Source: Dictyostelium discoideum (lineage: Eukaryota). Taken from it: 64,000 nucleotides of DNA. The stretch is taken from positions 4,032,001 through 4,096,000 of the forward strand of contig CM000152.2 of the NCBI GenBank assembly GCA_000004695.1. Reading direction: 5' to 3'. The translations under genes and the position numbers were made by a program. Below the pieces are notes generated by a model that did not search any database, was not told the DNA's origin, and was given only the letters and a program-made list of their open reading frames with translations. Below are positions 56,975 to 64,000 of this stretch, piece by piece. Each line of letters begins with the position of its first letter. Position 1 is the stretch's first letter.

Positions 56975-58198
56975 TTTTTTTTTATTTTTTTTTTTTTATT
57001 TATTTATTTATTTATTTATTTATTTGTTTATTTATTTTTATTTAAACACTGAAATTATTTGCTTAAAATATATTATATTTGTTTATTAATGAGATTAAAA
57101 AAAAAAAAAAAAAAAACCTTTTTATACTTAATTTATAAAAAAAAGAGGATTCACTTAAAAAAATGATATTTTAAAAAAAAAAATTTGTTATGGTTATTAT
57201 TTTTTTTTTTTACCTGGTGATGATGTCAAACGAACTTGTCATAAATGATTTATTTGAATCGGTGCATTCTGTAATTATAATATTAAAAAAAAATTAATAG
57301 GATTTTTGATTGATTTTTTGCGATAGGGTCAAAAAAAAATTTTCAATTTAAAAAAAATAAAAAAAAAAAATTTTATCGTAAAAAATCAAAAAAAATATCC
57401 AAAAAAATATCCTAATATCCTAAAATTAAAAAATGCCAGGCCATTACCCCATAAAAAAAAAATAAAATAAAAAATACCTCTTATCTTACTTGTCCCTGGT
57501 AATACTAAAATAATATTTATAATATATGATATTCATTTAATAATTGGTTATATATTCTTTATATTAAATGAAAATAATTAAATTATTTGAATGATTAGAT
57601 TAAAATTTAAAAATAATCAAGTATGGATTAATAAATTTTTTTTTTTTTACCCATGTTATCACACCTTCAAGGAATTTCTTTGTGTAATCTTGTCTGTATT
57701 AGGTAAATTTATATTATTTAGTTAGATTTTAAATTGGTTCTTTTAAAAATTTTTTTTTTTTTATATTGATCAGTTTTTTTTCATTAAAAATTTAAATTAA
57801 AAAAATTTTAATTAAATTCTTCTTTTTTTAATTTAAATTATTTAATAAATAATTTTTATTATTAAAATTATAATTATCCCGTTTTATTATGTTGTTTAAT
57901 GGAAGTTTTTTAGTAATAGTTAATCATGGTATATAAAACTAAGTAAACTAAAATCAAAAAAAAATTAATGGAAGTTTTTTTTTAAAAATAAAAATTGATT
58001 GGTTAGACTGTCTAACCAATAAAAACTGGAAATTTCGACTTTTTTAAACTTCAATTTCTATCCAATTAGACCTTTCCAATCGCGAATTTATTATGGACGA
58101 TGTTAATTATGGAAGATTTTGTAATTACAATTATTTTTTAAAATAGTAGACCAAAAGGGAATCGAACATGTGACCATATATAAAAAGGTACAAAATAT

Positions 58199-58294
58199 TG
58201 GAGAAGAAGGGTATCGATCCCTTTACCTTATGGAACTCTGATTCTCGTTGCTGTTTATGCAAACCATACGCTCTACCATATGAGCTACATCCCC
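58199..58294 (-). tRNA. tRNA-Ala (anticodon UGC) with a roughly 23-nt intron 3' of the anticodon
   Basis: The minus-strand sequence is GGGGATGTAGCTCATATGGTAGAGCG-TATGG-TTTGCAT/AAACAGCAACGAGAATCAGAGTT-CCATA-AGGTA-AAGGGATCGATACCCTT-CTTCTCC-A. The acceptor stem (with G3:U70), D-arm, variable loop and T-arm are identical to the tRNA-Ala(AGC) at 35961. The anticodon stem TATGG/CCATA carries the loop TTTGCAT (UGC). The extra 23 nt sit in the canonical 37/38 intron position. Confidence 0.6.
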
Positions 58295-59324
58295 ATTGAT
58301 ATTTAAAATATTTTATACTAGTTGTAATCAAAACACATCATTCCATTCAAAAAAAAAAAATCAAAAAACATCATGGCATCTGGCCATTCAAAAGATACGT
58401 ATTGGAATTCGTAACTGAACATTTAACCTATTACTGCTCTTTCAATACTAATTTTATAAACTCAAATATATATAATACTTAAATAAAATTAAATAAAACT
58501 AGGACACATCTCAACTTGGGATGAGGTCATTAAAAAAAAAAAAAAAATCAAACACAATCGCCTTCATTACAAATTTGAGTAAGATAAATTATAAAATATT
58601 AAAACAAATAAAATTTTATTATTAAAATTACAATTGACCATTTACGTTTCATCATTTCCGTTAATTCATTTTTATTACATCATTTCTGTTTCATCAACTC
58701 TTGTTACAATTACTTTGTTACTTAGAGTGCTTCCCAAAAAAAAAAAAAAATAATAAAATGTTAGAAATTTTTTTTTTTTTTAAATTATTCAAAATTTTTT
58801 TTAAAAACTATTTGTTTATTTCTGTTTTTAAACAACTGTTACTCATCATTTTTTAAACAGAAATATAAACAACGTGGCCATGAGTAACAGTTGTTTTTGA
58901 AATAGAAATTAAAAAAAAAAAAAAATAATTATTGTTCTTAAAAAAAAGCAAACTCGAAAATTTATTTTAAAAAATATTATTTTATAAAAAAAAAAAAAAT
59001 TAAAAAATAAAAATAAAAATTTTTTTAAAAAAAAAAAAATTAATTAAAAATAAAAATAAAAATAAAAAAAATTCAAAACACCTATTTTTTTTTTTTTTTT
59101 ACAAATACATACACATTGCTTTTGTTTTATATAACAATAACACTATTTAAAAATTTATTAAAAAAAAAAATAAAAAATAAAAAATAAAAAATAAAAAATA
59201 AAAAATAAAAAATAAAAAATAAAAAATAAAAAAATAAAAATAAAATAAAAAAAATAAACAAATTTTAAAACCAATAAAATAAAATTTTTATATAGGCAGT
59301 AACAATAATAATAATACTTTAATT

Positions 59325-61522
<2,198 letters not shown>

Positions 61523-61646
61523 ATAATTAAAATAATAATAATAAAAAATTAATAAAAAATTAATAAAAAATAAAGAAAAAAAAAAAAAAATTAAAAAATT
61601 GTGTATTAAACTAATTAAATTTTATTTATTATTATTTTTATTATTT

Positions 61647-62262
61647 TTATTGTTTTAAAACTTCACAATACGAAATTGAATGTTTAGAGTGAAAGTAACC
61701 TGCGGCACTGGTGAAACCAAAATATGCTTTTTTTAAACCAACTAAATCAGGAACATGAATATTATTTAATAATTGAACGGAATCAACTGAAATTGATAAA
61801 CTTGTTTCATTATGATTAAAACTAATTTCTACATTATGTTGGAATCCATCTTTCATTGAAAATGATGGTACTGCTGAAGCTATGGAAAATTGATTTGATG
61901 ATGAAAGATTTCCTCTTTTGTTGTTGGTACCTTGAATTGAAATATGATTATCATTTTGTTCATCTTCATTTCTATATGTGTCAAATTCAACTGCAACACA
62001 TCCATCACCTTTTGCAATATCATGATATCCAAGTGTTGTACCACCAGAATAACGAGTTGAACATTGTGTATCACTTATACTTTGAATTACAAATGCAAAT
62101 CCATCTGCACCTACATTATCTCCTTGTGGTTTTGATATTTTGAATGTAAATTTAATCAATAAATCTGAATCCATTGGTAATTTAATTTTTGAAAATACTG
62201 ATCCAACTTGATTATGACTATCATTTGTTAAAACAAATTTATTTGATATAATTTCTTTTTCT

Positions 62263-62335
<73 letters not shown>

Positions 62336-62606
62336 CATTATTATTATTATTTAAAGATAAATGTTGTAATGATGGATTAACTCTCATTTTATTTCTTCTA
62401 TAAGGTGAAGGTTTGTCTTGTTTAAATTCTTTTTGAATTTTATGACCTTCGTCATCTTCAAAGAATGCATCTACATTGGTACTACTATTTTTATTATTAA
62501 ATACAAAAAATGAATTATCTATTTTATTTTTTAAGAAAACATTTCTATATACTTTAAAGAATAAATCTTGACTATTATCTTTATTACTGTTGTTATTGTC
62601 GGACAT
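61647..62606 (-). CDS. L-type (legume-like, concanavalin-A fold) lectin-domain protein, copy 1; no signal peptide
   Basis: A 319-aa ORF. Lectin_legB-like motifs are GADGFAFVIQ (ADGLAFFL), GGTTLGY (GGYLGL), VAVEFDTYRNEDEQNDNHISIQ (VAVEFDTF.N..WDP...HIGIDVNS), VEISFNHNETSLSISV and AYFGFTSAAG...HSISYCEV (VRVGFSAATG...HDVLSWSF). A coding (AAT)n poly-Asn tract lies at 62265-62345. The N-terminus DLFFKVYRNVFLKNKI has no hydrophobic signal sequence. Confidence 0.7.
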
Positions 62607-62897
62607 TGTGTTAATTTAAAAAGAGAATAAAAAATGAAAAAAAAAAATTTAATTATAAAAAAATAAAAGATTTCATGAAAAATTTAATTATAAAAAAAAA
62701 AAAGAAAATAATAAAAAAAATTTAATTCCCTAAATTTCCAAGATTTTAATTTTTTTTTTTTTTATTTTTTTTTTCTTTTTTTATATTTTTATTTTTAATT
62801 TTTAATTTTTATTTTTAATTTTTATTTTTATTTTTTTTATTTTTATTTTTTTTATTTTTATTTAATTTTTATTTTTATTTTTTATTTTTATTTTTTA

Positions 62898-64000
62898 TTA
62901 TTCTTGTTTAAAAACCTCACAAATTAAAATTGAATGTTTTGAATAACTTGAACCAGTGGAAGCAGTGAAACCAATATATGCTTGTTTTAAACCAATTAAA
63001 TCTGGAACATGGGTATCATTTATTAATTTTACAGAATCAAGGGTAACAGATAAAGTTGTATTCTTTTGATTAAATTGAATATCAACCTTATGTGCTAATC
63101 CATCTTTCATTGTAAATGATGGATCAGCACAAGCCAAAGAGTATCTATGAAAAGATGAAAGTGTTCTATTTTCTTCACATTTTTGAATTGAAATATGGTT
63201 ATTATTTGGATCACCAAGATTATTTTCATCATTCTTATGAGTATCGAATTCGATTGCAACTGCACCATCCTTCTTAGGAATAGTACTATACCCAATACTT
63301 CCACCACAACCACCAATTGCATCATTGGAATTACTTTGAATTACAAATGCAAATCCATCAGCACCTGTATTACTTGTTTTTGAAATTTGAAATTCAAATT
63401 TAATTAATAAATTAGTTTCCAATGATAATTTAACCACTGAAAATACCGATCCAACTTTTAAAGCAACTTCATCAGTTAATACAAATTTAGTAGATTCATT
63501 AGCTTCATTATTAATTATTTTCTTACCATCCCTATCTTCAAAAAATGCATCACCATTTACTTTAGTATTTTTAATATTAAATAAAAATGGTTTTGGTAAA
63601 ACTTTAAATGAAGATTTTATTCTAATTCTGTCAATGAAAAAGTCTAAAAATACATTTGATTTTTCTATCATTTTTTTTTGAAGTTCATCATCAGCATTAT
63701 TGTTTGCAGTATTTACACCAAGTAATTTTATTATTCCTGGAGTATCAACTTCATCAGATTCTTTAAATTTATTTAATGAATGTTGTGACCTAGGTATAAA
63801 TAATTTAAATTAGTTTTTAAAAAGAATATTTATATAATTAATAATAATTAATAATTACCATGGATTATCCATAAAAAATGCAGGTTTTTCTTTTATACTA
63901 TTATTTGTTTCATTTCTAATTTGAGTTGCTAAATTTTGATCATTACAAAATGGAATTATTGTTGAAAAGCAATCAATTGATTCATTTGGTAGAATTGATA
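62898..64000 (-). CDS. L-type lectin-domain protein, copy 2 (tandem paralogue); multi-exon, 5' exons run past the window end
   Basis: The lectin exon is 62898-63789. It has the same motifs as copy 1: ADGFAFVIQSNS, GGSIGY, AVAIEFDTHKNDENNLGDPNNNHISIQ and AYIGFTASTG. An acceptor cctag at 63790-91 precedes SQHSLNKFKESDEVDTPGIIKLLGVNTANNNADDELQKKMIEKSN. A further upstream exon (…DQNLATQIRNETNNSIKEKPAFFMDNPW, then GTAATT at about 63856) continues beyond 64000. The gene is therefore partial. Confidence 0.65.

Larger units (their letters stand above)
45990..57200. repeat. Four-unit tandem segmental duplication; each unit carries [upstream block AGCAATACCAGAA..GAATTC.TGAATAA + pirin gene, plus strand] and [secreted-protein gene, minus strand + conserved 5' block]
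   Basis: The secreted-gene copies start at 48314, 51078, 54645 and 56974. The pirin copy is intact in unit 1, pseudogenised in units 2 and 3, and deleted in unit 4. Conserved upstream blocks begin at about 46060, 49240, 51825 and 55700. Units 1-3 are more than 95% identical in their coding parts; unit 4 is more divergent. Confidence 0.85.

Noticed and set aside
58380-58560. Possible short retroelement tail (…CTAGGACACATCTCAACTTGGGATGAGGTCATT followed by A17)
   Set aside because: There is an oligo(A) run but no recognisable ORF or repeat-family signature, and A-runs are ubiquitous here. The evidence is insufficient.

Overview
This window looks like Dictyostelium discoideum nuclear DNA. It is extremely AT-rich, has long homopolymer and triplet tracts, poly-Q/N/T coding repeats, short AT-rich introns with GTAAGT/GTATGT donors, and several ATG-only first exons. 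I hand-spliced the gene models from the sequence. Note that the ORF track sometimes starts ORFs at TTG.

Recognisable genes, in order:
- C2H2 zinc-finger protein (257-1987, minus strand)
- Small GATA-type zinc-finger protein (2404-2766, minus)
- AMPK beta subunit (5372-6716, minus, 3 exons; N-terminal myristoylation signal and a poly-Q exon)
- ANP32-like LRR/acidic protein (7994-10224, plus, 4 exons)
- G-alpha-like gene in which all guanine-nucleotide motifs are degenerate (10692-12602, minus, 3 exons)
- Ribosomal protein L37a/eL43 (13953-14558, plus; ATG-only exon 1)
- Tandem triplication of a SAP-domain gene family (14834-25419, minus). Copy 1 has a ~165-codon poly-Q expansion; copy 3 is pseudogenised.
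- RluA-family pseudouridine synthase (25793-27529, minus)
- Serinc/TMS1 (28002-29515, plus)
- Fermentative D-lactate dehydrogenase (29672-30828, minus)
- Small Stealth-family (GlcNAc-1-phosphotransferase-like) protein (32325-33641, plus)
- tRNA-Ala(AGC) (35961-36033, plus), bracketed by two 5'-truncated TRE-type non-LTR retrotransposon tails
- Ornithine decarboxylase (37177-38741, minus)
- Folliculin (39577-41379, minus)
- ARL2 (41757-42677, plus, 5 exons)
- Asn-rich hypothetical protein (42835-45522, minus)
- A four-unit tandem array (about 46.0-57.2 kb) of [pirin gene, plus strand] + [signal-peptide secreted-protein gene, minus strand]. Pirin decays from intact through two pseudogenes to absent. 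Units 3 and 4 retain relic fragments of a tryptophanase-like (beta-eliminating lyase) gene.
- Intron-containing tRNA-Ala(UGC) (58199-58294, minus)
- TBC RabGAP with a C-terminal transmembrane anchor (59325-61522, plus)
- Two tandem L-type (legume-like) lectin-domain genes (61647-62606 and 62898 to beyond the window end, minus)

Other structure: a ~560-bp MITE-like element with ~65-bp terminal inverted repeats lies in the spacer between SAP copies 1 and 2. CA/GT microsatellite blocks sit directly 5' of several start codons. A GC-rich perfect palindrome carries DUSE-like motifs on both strands.
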